A DNA stretch of 64,000 nt from the human T2T-CHM13v2.0 reference genome, Homo sapiens (GCF_009914755.1 NC_060926.1); one strand, 5' to 3'. Positions 23,761-40,231 are shown, numbered from the stretch's first letter. Translations and numbers: made by a program. Notes: generated by a model not told the origin, from the sequence alone.

Positions 23761-26700
23761 GATCAACTGCTTTTAAGCCATTATGATGCATTCTTCAGTA
23801 TGTCAATTGCATTTTTCAACTCCAGAATATCTGTTTAATTATTTTTAATTATTTCAATCTGTTAAATTTATCTGATAGGATTCTGAATTCCATCTCTGTG
23901 TTATCTTGAATTTCTCTGAGTTTTCTCAACACAGCTGTTTTGATTTCTGTTTGAAAGGTCACATAACTCTGTTTCTCCAGAATTAGTCCCTGGTGCCTTA
24001 TTTAGTTCATCTGGAGAGGTCATATTTTCCTGGATGATGTAGATGGGTGTAGATGTTCTTCAGTGTCTGGACATTGAAGTTATTTATTGTAGTCTTCACT
24101 GTCTGGACTTATCTGTACCTGTCCTTCCTGGGAAGGCTTTCCAGATACTCTAATGGATTTGGGTGTTGTGATTTAAGCTGTATCTGCTTTAGGGGGCACC
24201 CCAAGCCCAGTAATGCTGTGGTTCTTGCAGACTTGTAGAGGTACCACCTTGGTAGTCTTGAATAAAATCTGGAAGAATTCTCTGGATTACCAGGCAGAGA
24301 TTCTTGTTCTCTTCCCTTACTTTCTCCCAAACAAATGAAGTCTCTTTCTGCTGAGCTGCATGGGGCTTGCAGCAGGGCAACACAAGCACCCTGTGGTCAA
24401 CACTGGCACTGCACTGGGTCAGACCTGAAGCCAGCACAGCACTGAGTCTCACCCAAGGCCCACCGTAACCACTACCTGGCTACCGCCTATGTTTGTTCAA
24501 GGACCTAGGGCTCTACCATCGGCAGGTGGCAAAGCCAGCCCAGCTTCTGTCCTTCTCTTCAAGACAGCAAGTGCCCCCAAGTCCTCATGTAAGTCCAGAA
24601 GTTATCTCCAGGAGCTAGGAATCAGTCAAAAACCTTAGAAGTCTACCTGGTGTTCTATTATACTGCAGCTGAGCTGGCCCTCAAATCATGAGACACGGTC
24701 ATTCCCACTTCTCTCTCCCCTTTCCACAGGCAGAGGAGCCTCACCCTGTGGCCACCACCACCAAAGGCCCATAGGGAGTACTGCCAGGCTACTGTCAATG
24801 TTCACAAGATACAAGGGCTCTTCAGTCAGCTTGTGGTGAAGGCTGCCAGGCCTGGGACTCACCCTTCAGTAAGCTCCCCTCTGGTCCAGGGCAGGTCCAG
24901 AAATGCTGTCCAAGAGCCAAGGCCTGGAATCAGGGACCCCAAGAGCCCACTCGGTGTTTGAACCCACTATGGCCAAGGTGATACCTAAGATACAAGACAA
25001 AGTCCCCTTTATTTTTCCATCTGCTTTTCTCAAGCAGAGTCTCTCACTGTAGCCACTACAGCTGGGAATGTGCTGGGTCTCACCTGAAGCCAGCATGTCT
25101 GAGTCTCAGCCAAGGCCCATGGCGTACTACGTGGTTATCACTGCTAGTTATTCAGGGCCCAAGGGCCCTTTAGTCAGCACAGGATGGATCCTGCCAGGAC
25201 TGGGTCCCTCCCTTCAAGGCAACAGGTTCCCTTCTAGCCCAGGCGTGTGTCTAGAAATGTTATCCAGGAGCTAGGGCTTAGAATGGGGGCCTGACCAGTA
25301 CCCTATCCTACTGTGGTTGAGCTGATATCCAAGATGTAAGACAAAAGTCCTCTTTACTCTTCCTTCTCCTCTCCCCAAGCAGAAGGTAGGGATATCTTTT
25401 AGAGCTGTGAGCTGGGCTGCCTGGGCTTGGAGAAGGGGTGGCACAAGCACTCCCTTAGGTGTTCCAATTGATGTCTTAGTAAGTCATGTGCCCCTAATTC
25501 CACTGGTGCCGAGCCCAGTTCAGCACTAGGACTTGCAGTCCTTTTGGCTTACACTGCCTTTTATTTAGGACCCCGGCACACCTCAGCCCACAGTGGCAAG
25601 GCTTGCCAGAACTCAAGTTCCAACCACTGTGATGGGTAATTCCCCTCTGGCTAGGGCTGGTCTGAATGCTCCCTCCATGTGTGGGCATCAGCTGAGTTCA
25701 CCCTGGTTTTGCTTTTTGCTGTTATAGTGCATTCAATGAGAAGTCTCACAATTGCTGCACTCCTCCTATCCCAAGCATACAAATTTCTCCACACCACATA
25801 GTCGCTGCATGGGGGATGGGGGAGAGGTGGTGTCAGCAATTCAAGACTGTCTTTCCTATCCTGTTCAGTGCTTCTTTGGGCAATATGAAGTTAAAATCAG
25901 GTTCTGTGAGTGCTCACCTGATTTTTGTTTCTTATGAAAGTGCTTTTGGTGTGTAGTTGTTAAATTTGGTGTTCCTATGGAGGGGGACATCCAGTGGAGC
26001 CTTCTAGTCCACCATCTTGCTCTGTACCCCCAAATCTAAAATAAATACATTTTGACATGAAGTGTTAAGCCACAGACATGTGGAAAATGTATTTATGTTA
26101 AACATCCATTGCTTAATGTCAGATAAATTAGATATTCATTCTGACAATACTATGTTGATATCTTGATTTATTCTATTTACCATGCTGTTTTTACAGAAAA
26201 AAAATCCTAAGTGCCATTTTAGAAACCTAGAAATATGCAGGGAGATGGCAGAAAAATATTTCTAGATTCTTCTAAGTTATTTCTGTATCTGAGGAGAAAA
26301 ACACATGGTTTACTCTTTAAAGATTTTGACTTGGAAAACATATGCACATTCTCTTTTTTCCTATACCACTCTTAATTCTTATAACAAGAGGGAAGATCTC
26401 TAGTAAAAGGGGATTACATAAAACTAGTGGACTGCCTATAAAGATGAGTCCCAGTTTCCAAACATTTGACTCTTCACTGCCTTCACCATCCACAGCTTAT
26501 TATTAAAAAGATCTCCCTACAGTAAGAACCAAACTTTGTACTGATCATCACATAATTATAAAAGTACAATCACTGGTAAGAAAACATGGATTTATTCATA
26601 AGATGTAGATGTACAGACAAATACAACAAATGTACATGGCATCTGAATCACAAAATTTCAGCAAAGAAATAATCTTTCATTGAAAGGCTAAAGAACAAAA

Positions 26701-28385
26701 ATGATGAGAAACCTTAAGAAGGTTTCAGGATAAGCAATGATAGTTTGTCTACTCAGAAAAAAAATCAGTTCGAAAAAACAAACAAGCAAACAAAATACAC
26801 AAAATACAGGAAAACGGAAAGCTCTAAGCACTAAACACAGGGAACTACTGATTTCTGATAGTTCAAGTTAACTACCATCTAGAAACAAATTTGGCATTTT
26901 AACAATTGTAATGAGAATCTATAAATAGCTCTACCTTTTTCACATGGTAATCTCCTTATAATTGTATGAATACTATGTTCAAATATTATTCTCTCTTGAA
27001 GCTTTCTTTGGTTTCTCACACTTAGTCACTCTATGTATTTCAATTTTTGCATCAATCATACTGAGGTTTTGCTTTTCATACAGTTCTTCCCTATCAGGCT
27101 TTGCATTTCTTGATGTTTCTGTTTTTCTGTGTATTCTATTTGCTTATCACAGTTCCTGTCATACATATAATAAAAATTTTATAGATGAATGAAATGGATG
27201 GTATGTAGAACATATCAGAACAGACAGACAAAACAGACAGACAGCTGCCAATAATACTTAAGTAATAACAGAATGGGTCTGGGCTAATAAGGAAAAGAAA
27301 AAACAATCATCCATTCCAAAAAAAAAGGATTTCCAAGGATGAGTAAATAGAGATTTGATTTTCTTTCTTATAGCTCAAAATATCTTTTTATGTTCAGTTA
27401 AAAACTTCTTTTGAAAGGCACTAGAAGCATTGCCTCCCCCAACCCCAACCACCAGCCAGAACCCCACCAAGCAATGAACACACGTGGTGCCCAGACTTCT
27501 GTTTCTAAATACCACTTCCAACTAAAAGAACCAGGACTCTTTGAAGGAATATGTAACTCCAGACATGGAATACAGAAAGAATAAGTCTACCCTGAGCACT
27601 CTTGTGTCAGAAAGCAAGATATGCTCAAAGACCAGCAGGACCTATCAAGAGGACAAAGGACCAAGTTAAAAGGGGGTTCCCACTGGCCACATTTGGGACA
27701 ACTTGAGCATATTTTTTTAAAAGTAATAGAGTATAACATATGGAATAAGTAAAAATTAATGGATACATAGAGATACTTAAGGGAGAAAAAAAAAGATAAG
27801 GAAAGGGGGTGGGGAAAGAAAATCTCTACTGAAGAATGCCAGTAATAAATATAAAAGGAATAACCAAATTAGAAAATCACCAATTTGCAACCCCCAATGT
27901 AAAAGCTAATTCAGGCAAAAATCACCAAAGTATGCTAAGGCCATTAGGTGAAAAGTTGTTAAAAACATTATATTCTCATGGCGCCTAAGTATTACCTCAC
28001 AGATTACTTAGCAACACAAAGGGGAAAATGTATCTTTAAAATGGAGACCTGGCTGTCACCACCTTACATAAGTCATTAAAGTTAACATTACTGATAACAG
28101 GAGGACAACCTGATATTATGTAATTCATGAAATGACAAAATAGGAAATAAACATCATTACCTATGAAATAGTCTCTTCAAAAATGTTTAATCCAATCCAA
28201 TCCAATCCAATCTCTAGATCAGGAGTTAAGCTTTATTGTCCTGTGGATTTCTTTTACAGTCTGGCGAAGTTTATGGATACCTTCTTAGAATAATGTTTTT
28301 AAATGCATAAAACACACAACACTACAATGGACAATTATACTGAACTACAGCTACAATAATAACTGTTTAAATTATAACATAGTAT

Positions 28386-29000
<615 letters not shown>

Positions 29001-29219
29001 TACTATTGCTTCTTAATACGAATCTAGTAACTACCTTATAGGCAATAAATGAGCATAAATTAAATCTTAAGATATCTGTAGCAATTGAATGTGATATGAG
29101 AATACCTGAGATTTCTATTGGTGACAAAGCTACAGGTACTGTAAATGTACTGTCCATACTGTATCCATGAAGCGTTTCTTATATTCCTAATTAAAGGAAA
29201 TGCTAAAATCCAGTTAGGG

Positions 29220-29367
29220 CAGAGTTTTTCAACTTTGACACTACTGACATTTTGAAAGGGATAATTCTGTTATCAGGGACTATCTTGTACCCACCCAGCT
29301 GTGACAATCAAAAATGTCCTAGGGTTGGGGAAGGAGAAGACAAACTCACCCCGGTTGAGAACCACTG
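29220..29367. mobile_element. MER20 (hAT-Charlie MITE, internally shortened)
   Basis: CAGAGTTTTTCAAC..ACTGACATTTTG..GTGACAATCAAAAATGTC..GGTTGAGAACCACTG with a perfect 8-bp TSD AGTTAGGG. Confidence 0.8.
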
Positions 29368-30226
29368 AGTTAGGGAATAAGTTAAAATAAAGATGTAATT
29401 TTTTCCCCATCTAAAGTTCACAGATTCCCTGAATTCTACAGACCCTACAAGAGTCTGTGAACTCAAGGTTCAGCACCCTTGCTCTAGACCTACCTTTGAG
29501 TTTACAGTAAATAGAAGGAAGTAGGATAGTAAGGTTTAAACCACCATATATGAGGAAACAATGAGACAAATTAAGAGTATGAGATAGTCTATTAAGAAAA
29601 TGGCTTGGATACTCAGTCATTTTAAAAAGGTGGGAAACTACTCTAGACTAAAATAAATTATGTGATTATTTACCTGCTTGTTTCCTATCTCTCCCACTAT
29701 ACTGTAAACTTACTTACTTATATTTGTTTCATTCACTTTCCTATACCACACCCAATACAAAGTCTAAGCATTCAATAAACTGCATGACTATTCAATGAAC
29801 GAATGAGCAAATGAATGAATATCACAGAAAGTGTGTAAGACACACAAGCCACTAACACAATACCTCAAAAGGTTCACATACATTTCAAATAATCTAAAAA
29901 TATAAATCCAAAATATATTTCCTTGTTTGTATTAACATTACTTGACTTTCTGAAATTTGATTCTAGATCTCCACCTTCCTTGTAAAACGATATACTAGTT
30001 AAGAGTATTGGCCATACAATCAGTTAGATCACTGTCATTTATTAGTTGTGTGACAACTGTCTTACCTTCCTAAGTCTGTTTCCTAATTTGTAAAATGGGA
30101 CAGCAGCAGTATCTTCCTCATAGGAATGTCATAAGATTTAAATGAAATAACTTATGTGAGTTCATAGCATAATACTTGGTACATAGTAGACATTCAATAA
30201 ATAATTGCAACAACTATTATTATAAA

Positions 30227-30517
30227 CTTTTTTTTTTTGAGACAGTCTCACTCTGTCAGCAGGCTAGAGTGCAGTGGTGCAATCGCGGCTTCACTGCAAC
30301 CTCCGCCTCCCAGTTTCAAGCCATTCTCCTGCCTCAGCCTCCTGAGTATCTGGGACTACAGGCGCATGCCACCACGCCCAGCTAATTTCTGTAATTTTAG
30401 TAGAGACAGGGTTTCGCCATATTGGTCAGGCTAGTCTTGAACTCCTGACCTCAGGTGATCCACCCGCCTTGGCCTCCCAAAGTGCTGGGATTACAGGCGT
30501 GAGCCACCACGCCCGGC
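30227..30517 (-). mobile_element. Alu (S-type)
   Basis: Antisense Alu dimer. Confidence 0.93.
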
Positions 30518-31730
30518 AAACATCTTACTTTTTAAATGGTCAGCAAACATTAACATTTCAACTGTGCCATGCAAAATTTTAAAATAAATGCAAACTTTAG
30601 GATCCTGAGCCTCCTCTTCTGGCGTCCTTTTCTTTGCTTGAGCATTCCTAATCCTGGAGAGAGAGGTGGTGGGTAGGAGAAAGTAGAGGGAAAACAGCAA
30701 TAACAAACTAAACCAATATGGGCAGACATAACTTACTTTCAGAAAAGTCACCAAAGCATAGAAAAATGATCCTCATTGCCTTGCCACTAAAGGGGGTAAA
30801 AAGAATATTGGAAAGTGATAATGAAGCTAGAAAATATGGTGGCCTAGAACATAAGCAACTTTGATGACAAAATTGTGCCCGTGGGAGAGAAGACAGACGA
30901 GGAGGTGGTAGGGGAGTGACTGGAAATAATGGTTTGGAAGACATCTGAGCATAGGTCAAAGTTAAGTCCATGGAAGTAGAGTAGACGAGATAAAAATTAC
31001 AATTTTTGAGTTGGACAAGACTTTAAAAGAATATCTGGCTTGACTTTCTACTTCATATATAAATCCTTTCTACAAGGTGTCTTTTTGCCTCTACTTGAAA
31101 ACTTCAATAATGAAGAATTAACTACTTTAAAAGCAGAGTACTACTGTAAAACAACCATAATTACTTTGGAGAAAAAATATTCTTGTAGTGAACAGAATCC
31201 TGCTTCCCTGAATTTTCCATTACTGCTTCTAGTTCAATTACATTACAGGAATGAATTAGTAGATAACTACAGATAGTCACAGGAAAGTGATATTACAAAT
31301 GGAGAAAGTGCCGAAGAAGAGAGCTAATGAAAGCTCTGAAGAAGGGGTAGGGCAAATATGTTTAGAGGAAAAGACAAAGGCAATCAGAAATACCATCCTT
31401 ACACAGGGAAGATGTGTCAGGAAGTAAAGTGCGAACAGTAAGTAGCATCAACATGCTGCAAAGAGATCAAGGAGATTACTAACTTTAGAAAGGATACTGG
31501 ATTAAGAACAGTTTCAGGACAGTGGTTAGGGAAGAAGCAATCCCACTGAGGTTAAGAGGTAAGTGATGAAGTAATAAAGGCAACAATATCAACATCTCTT
31601 TGGTGGTAAAAGGAAAAAAAAAAAAAGAACAAGAGTTGAGCAAGAATCTTTTAGGCTATCGGAGACCTGAGCATATTTGTAGGCAAACAGCAAGAAGCCA
31701 ATTGAAGGGTGAGATTAAAGAGGAACAAGA

Positions 31731-32226
<496 letters not shown>

Positions 32227-32913
32227 CTAGAAAAGTTGCCTCACACCCTACTCCTGTGCCCAATGTGTGAGTGGGAGGAGGAGTGGAAATCAGCTGGGAC
32301 TGCAGGCTCTGAAGGTTCTGTGAAGCGCTAGATCAAGAGCATGTAAAAATACGCTATCAATGAAAGAAGGAAGGATGACAGGGAAGAATGAAATGGAAAG
32401 ACAAGAAGAATTGCATCATCACTAATATCTGACTATACAGTCAAATACAGTGAACACTATACAGTTCATAATAGCTTACTTTCAGATGTTTTTGTTCATC
32501 TTCAAAATAACCTAGTAAGAAAAATATTTCTGAATGAATCAATGAATCAACGATCTCCATTATATGAATGAAGAAACAAGTTCTAGAGTAACTTGATTTC
32601 AGACCATTCAGTGAGTTAACTGTGAAGAGGGAATCTGAATTCAGATTTTCTGATTCTAAGTTTCATGCCTCTGTCTCTGCACCAATAAAAAAATTTTAAA
32701 TTATGTCACTACTCCTTCCCACCCATTTCAGGCTCCTGGTGCTTTCCTTTTCTGTCTTTGTCTCCTTATCAGATCAATGACTGAATCAATAATTATTTAC
32801 TCTCATAACTGTTACTTATGTTCATCTTCTATTGAATGATAGAAATAATTAACATCTAATTGTGACAATTTTATAAGACCAGGACTATTCCAAAAGAAAA
32901 AAGATACTATACA

Positions 32914-33230
<317 letters not shown>

Positions 33231-33329
33231 TAATTTACTGCATTTTTCTTACCAAAGGAGTAATTGTGCACCTGTAACGTGGGATAAATATACTACTTTG
33301 GCGCATCATTTTAGCACTTTCAAGAAAGT

Positions 33330-33422
33330 TTGAGCCCAAGAAGTTGAGGCTGCAGTGAGCTGTGATGGCATCACTGCACTCTGACCAAGGCAGTGGAGAG
33401 AGGCCATTTCAACAACAACAAC
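33330..33422 (+). mobile_element. Alu J/FRAM right-arm fragment
   Basis: TTGAGCCCAAGAAGTTGAGGCTGCAGTGAGCTGTGAT..CACTGCACTC with a (CAA)n tail. Confidence 0.7.
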
Positions 33423-33446
33423 TTCTGAATTCCATATAATTGACCC

Positions 33447-33755
<309 letters not shown>

Positions 33756-34883
33756 TAAATGAACTTTTTTAAAAAAAGTCTATTTATAATTTGAGAAAAC
33801 ATGGATAAAGTGGAATTTCTTTTTAACACTGGAGCTGGACAGAGCTTTTTTGACATAATTTTGATACAATTTTGGACCTAATTTTTTTAAAAGTCCACAA
33901 CTGACTGCTGTTTTTTTAAAAGCAAACAAAAAAATCTCAAATTTCATTTCTCCAAATTTACAAGTACTGATAATATGCAAGAAAAACTTAACCACACTGT
34001 AATGTCCTACCAAAGATCAGTTTGACAGAACTCAGGAGTTTATGTTACCATAGTAAAAACTCTGCCCCCTCCTTTCTCCACCACCTTTTCTTGTTCCTAT
34101 TTAATCTCATCCTTCAGTTGGTTTCTTGCTGTTTGCCTACAAAATACATCAAATATCTCATGTTCTAAGAAGTACTTTCCACAACATTTTTGAAATGTAA
34201 AAGCCAATTTCTGGCAAATGTAAGTTTTTCATACTACCTATACACAAATAGCAATATACTTCTACACTATTTATCATTTGACAAAATCTAGTTTAATCAT
34301 AATTTTTAAAAATCTTTAAATTTTTTTAAAATGCGTATCACATATTATTGCTCACAAAAATCTCAATATTGAAGGTACAATTTAAACATAATCTCAAGAA
34401 ATACTAACATTGGGGCTGTCATATAAATAAGTACTTCTATAGTCCTCTTGAGCATTAAAGAAGTATGGAAGAGGCTTAAGGAACCCAGAAAATAAGAACA
34501 AAGTTGTAGTAATCTAATTTTCTTTTTCTTTACATCCTCATATGGCATTTATGAAACCCTGTGCTTTGCAGGAAACTCTGAATGCATGCGCTTCCTAAAG
34601 TTGCTTATTTACTTTTTATTTAGTGACAAGAAACAATAAGAAATAATATTGACTAGGAGGATAAAAATTATAACAATTTGTAATGTTAAATTTAAATATT
34701 TTTAAATGGCTTATAAAACAAATGCTATTTCATGTGATATCTTTATCAGGAAGAAAAATCATAAATATCCTCATAAAATATATACTTTTTAAGTCTAGAT
34801 ATTATTCCAAATAAAAGCAATGTCTTTTTTTCCCCAGCACTCAGAGAATTATAACATTATAGCAGCCATTAAAATTAAGGGGA

Positions 34884-35336
<453 letters not shown>

Positions 35337-37134
35337 TCAAAATGAACCATATTAGACACTGGTATTCTCTTCTTGGTGTCCCAGCCAAAAATATTAGCAA
35401 GATAATCTTAAAATCTCTCATTCAGAGGTACTGAAGAATAAATATGTCTCAAATATATAAACTATTAGATACTTATTAAGTAACAAAGATGATGCTTTCA
35501 AGGAATTTTCATTTTAGGGAAAATAAAGCAAAATAGCTAAGAAACATCTGCAATAAGTCAGTAAATAGTTTACAAATAAAAATATTAAATGTTAGTTTAA
35601 GGGAAAAGTAAATACAGGGTTTATGATTACTATAACCTCAAACAAACAATAAATTAGTATTTTAATTAATCACTCCTTGGCATTACCCTTGCATCTCTCA
35701 CCACTGGTTGGCTATCTTAGCCCTGCTCTACTTTACTAACTTCATTACTTAGCCTACATCCCCATTACTTCATCTCCCTTGCATCTCTCCTCCCTCATCC
35801 ACCTTCAATACAGTGTGTCTTTGCTTTTCTCCTGCTTGCAGAACACTGCCAGAAAAAACAGTAAAATATGCTGATTACAAATTTATGAGTTCCAATCTCA
35901 GATGAGCCTCTGATGCTGCTCAGCAATTCTTTCACTTATTTATCTTGAAACACTTCTCTTCTCCATTCCCCACAATATGTGGAACATTTTCATCACTCTC
36001 CTCAAGTCCCCTAGCCTACTTCCAACAACGCAAGGCTCAAAAAGTAACTGTTTAAAAAAAAAAAAAAAAAAAAGTCCCCAGATGTAGTTTTTTCCGTTCA
36101 TATCCAAATGTACCTAATTCTCATCTATACACAACTCTTAACTTTCTGAGATAGAGTATAGGTGTCTACTCTTTTCCAGAGTTAATCCCCCAACAGCTGT
36201 TTTTGATCTTACCTCTTCCTGCTTCATCTGGGACCTTTTTCTATTAGTTATTCCCCAATTCTATCTTTAATCTCTTCATCGGCCCATCAAAAAAAAAAAA
36301 AAGAAAAGAAAAGTTCAAGCACCAAATGAAGGCCCTTTCCCTCCTCCCTGCCTCCTCCAGCTACTACTTCTCACCTCCCCTTCATTGGCAAACCTCCGTT
36401 CTCTTTTTGGTCTACTTCCTTAGCTGTCTTCCATCTTCACCATTTACTTGGCTCCAGAAAAGGTTAGGAATGACCTGATTTCTACATTCAGTGGCCTATA
36501 TTCAGAATTTATCTAACCTGACCTCAATGCCCTGAAAAAGTCAAAGAAGGTAATAAAAGTAGAAGGAATGCAAAAAGAAAAGTTACCATTTGTAATCCTC
36601 CAACATAATGACTGATTCAAGCAAGGATCATTAATGGGTACCAAAATCACTGGTTAAAGGGTTGTCAGGGAATAGGATATTTACATGGCTATTAAGTATC
36701 CTCTATAAATTATTTATTAAACAGTAGAGAGATCTGTCAGTTCACCTTTACCAAGTGATCAAACTTGCATTACCGATATAGTGATAGCCTGAAATCATGT
36801 GCCTCCTGATGTAATACAGCAGAAATACACATCATCTGTGTGATGGTCTCACCAGAAATGTCTGACTAGAATCTAATCATGAGGAACAGACCAATTCAGA
36901 ATGTGGAACATGCTCCAGGACATATGGTCTCTACTTCTCAATGGATAAACCTAAAGAAGAGAGGAAGGCGGTAGGACTAGTCCAGATTGGGGGAGACTTA
37001 AAGAGACATACCAGCCAAATGCAATGCATTAACCTTGAATGAATCCTGCATTTGAGGGGGGAAAAAGCTATGAAGATTTTTGGGACAAATGGGAAGATTT
37101 AAGTATAGAGTATACATCAAATAATGTTATTAAG

Positions 37135-37341
37135 TAAATGCTGATATATATATATGATATATATATCAGCATTTATATATAAATATATATCAATATATAT
37201 CATATGATATATATCAGCATTTATATATAAATATATATCAATATATAGATATATATTGATATATATATCTATATATTGATATATATCACATATATAGAGA
37301 TATATATATCATATAGAGAGATATATATATATCATATATAA
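37135..37341. repeat. AT-rich complex repeat with perfect inverted repeats
   Basis: (TA)n-based array with 19-bp and 26-bp perfect inverted repeats and a ~45-bp direct repeat. Confidence 0.9.
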
Positions 37342-37507
37342 TACCAATCAATACCACATTACTTATTCTGAATATTGTCTGCAACTATTCCACCCTCAAA
37401 TTACCCCATAAAAATCTTACTGAATAGCTGGGCCTTTGACCACCTCTACCCTTATTTTTATATGATTCTGAAAGAAAGGTGACCAGTTAACAAAATTTTA
37501 AGAAACC

Positions 37508-37661
37508 AGCCAGGCGCGGTGGCTCACACCTGTAATCCCAACACTTTGGAAGGCCGAGGCAGGTAGATCACAAGGTCAGGAGTTCGAGACCAGTCTGACC
37601 AACATGGCGAAACCCTGTCTCCACTTAAAATACAAAAATTTGCTGGGCGTAGTGACACGCC
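37508..37661 (+). mobile_element. Alu, 3'-truncated
   Basis: Left arm and linker, stopping abruptly after GTGACACGCC. Confidence 0.9.
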
Positions 37662-38234
37662 AGAAAGATGAAAAATAATTTTAAAAGAAATCTAGAAGGA
37701 AATGAGATTTTACAAATGGTGAGCAGGCTTACAACCCCTATTTCTTCAGTTAAATTCTCACATCTGAAGAATAATTACCTTCAGATAATAGAAAAACCCT
37801 TCAAATACACAGGAAGGCAGGCATAGTAAATGAAGACAAAAGGATTATTCCCCAAAAGGGAATTAATCCAAATAACGATAGCATACTCTTAAAAACACTA
37901 AAACTTTTTGAATAAGTCACTTCCAAAAATTTTAACTCTGAAGTAAAATATATATATTTTCAAGTCTTCTCAAATAGCATATTTGAAAACAAGGTAATCT
38001 TTTCTTAATAAGTTAATTTCACCATTATAATAATCAGTTATTTTACTGTGCTATAACGGTGATACTCTCAGGTGCTACAGAAGGAAGTCAGTTTGCCCCT
38101 ATATTAAGGAGTTTCAGATTATAGTGATATACTAGTTATTTTACTAGTTTGTTATCAATATTTGTATTTAGTGCTTCTCTCCTCCCTAGAGAGGCTGTCA
38201 GCCATCACTATTCTCCGCCTTACTATCTACATTC

Positions 38235-38321
38235 CTGCCTTTGACAACCTCTATATTCCTTCCTAATTTGATTCTTCTGCCTTTGACAACCTCTATATTC
38301 CTTCCTAATTTGATTCTTCTG
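38235..38321. repeat. Perfect 42-bp tandem duplication
   Basis: CTGCCTTTGACAACCTCTATATTCCTTCCTAATTTGATTCTT twice, plus CTG. Confidence 0.95.
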
Positions 38322-39129
38322 AAGCGAATAACTCTTCTACAGTATATTATAGTTGACACTGCATCTTAATACATATTACCTCATTTAATAATTCTTACAA
38401 TAGCCTTGTAATACATGGATTATCACTACCCCTATTTTATAGATGAGAAAACTGAGGCTCAGAAAGAATAACTTGAGTAACTTATCCATAAGGTATGGAT
38501 GATAAATAGCAAAAGTGATCTCAACTGTCAATTACCTTCTTTCATCAACAAATTAAGCTTGTTAAAAACATTAAATAGTCTAAAGTGGAGCTCATAGGGG
38601 AAAAAAAGATTCATTATAAGCTTGGAATTTTTCTGGACATTCACAACATACATACATACATACATAACATAAGTGTTATACATACATATATAACATAAGT
38701 GTTATCCATAAAGTTAAACACTTAGCTTACTTCTCCTTTCTTGGTAGTTGAAGCTGCCAGGAAAAAAAAAAATCACTTCTGGATAAAAAAGATATGACTA
38801 TATTCTATTTACAATTTCAAAAACATATGCAAAAATAACAATTCAAAACAATAGTAGTCCAAATTTGCAGTAAATTAAGTCTGTTTTTAGAAAAAAAGGG
38901 GTTCTTTTTTCAGATTTGAAGACAACCTAAACATACGAAACAGTATCTGCGTCATGTCGTAAACAGATTTCCTTTTATTTTTCCCTCAATTCCTCCTCTT
39001 GCAAAGAAATAGAGTTAGTTGCTAGAGGATCTAAGGTGTTAATCTAATTCACCAAACATCGCCCACTGAGACTATTCTCCCACCTGGTAGGAATCAAAAA
39101 CACTAGGTCCTTACCAGAAATCGTGCAGC

Positions 39130-39318
39130 CCCTAGGTTTACAATGGTACCATTGACATTTTGAACCGGATAATTTCTTGCAGAAGTATGTCCTGTGCATT
39201 GTAGGGTATTTAGCAACATCCTTGGCCAATACCATTTCCTTCAGCTATGACAACCAAAAATGTCTCTAGACACTGCCAAATTTCCCTTGGAGTCAAAACC
39301 GTCCTCGCAGAGCCATTG
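39130..39318. mobile_element. MER20-like MITE
   Basis: ATTGACATTTTGAACCGGATAATT..TGTCCTGTGCATTGTAGG..TTTAGCAACATCC..TGACAACCAAAAATGTCTCTAGACA. Confidence 0.75.
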
Positions 39319-40231
39319 TTTTAGATGTTAGGGCACTGGATATTTGAAAAAGGAAACCTCCAACTGGCCCTGTTAATTATATTTTTTTAAAATTTGGATT
39401 TAAAAAAATAAGACATTAATAGTATAAGAAGATATCTAAATAATACATTTGCTACCCTTCCTTAGGTTAAAGCATTTTTAGAGGATTTTGTAACATGGGT
39501 TTCATCAATGTAGCTACATATAGTCACCCACTTTTCCCCCAAAGTTGGGGGAATGTCCAGTTCTTTCTCAGCTCTGCTAGCAAAATGTCAAATACATACA
39601 TATATACAAGAATCTAAACAATTCTAACTTCCAAAGTCCCATTTCTTGCTTTACATGGCCACGCTGTGGTTCTTGAGCCACACATCCTAGAGATTCAAGC
39701 TTCTAATCTCCATGTTTCCTCATCTGGTTGCTGCCAACTAATAGCGAGGTAAGCAGGAAGTAAGCTGATGACCTTTAAGATCTTTTCCCTGATATTCTAA
39801 TATTCAATGACAAAAATGCCCACTTTTACTTATTGATTCCGAGCTGACCAAACTACCTCTTGAGGTTACTGAAGCCATTCATGCCTTCTCCAACTTTATG
39901 CTGAATACAACCAAAAAGTGTATCAGTTATTTACAACATCACTTTTAATATTGGTGATCAGTTGCTTATTCCCTAGCTCAAATAAAAAATTTTAACATGT
40001 ACACTGATTTTAAAGGAAAAGCTTTTCAAGAAGCTATGAGCCAAGAAGCATTATATGAAAGGCCCACATTAGGCCAATATTGAGACAGAAAGTAGACTAG
40101 TGGTTGCCTAAAGCTGGGGGTGGGGTGAAGAGAATGGGGAGTAACTGTTAATGGATAAAGGTTTTTTGAGGGAATGATGAAAATGTTCTAAAATTAGATT
40201 ATGGTGATGGTTGCACAATTATTTAATCTAA

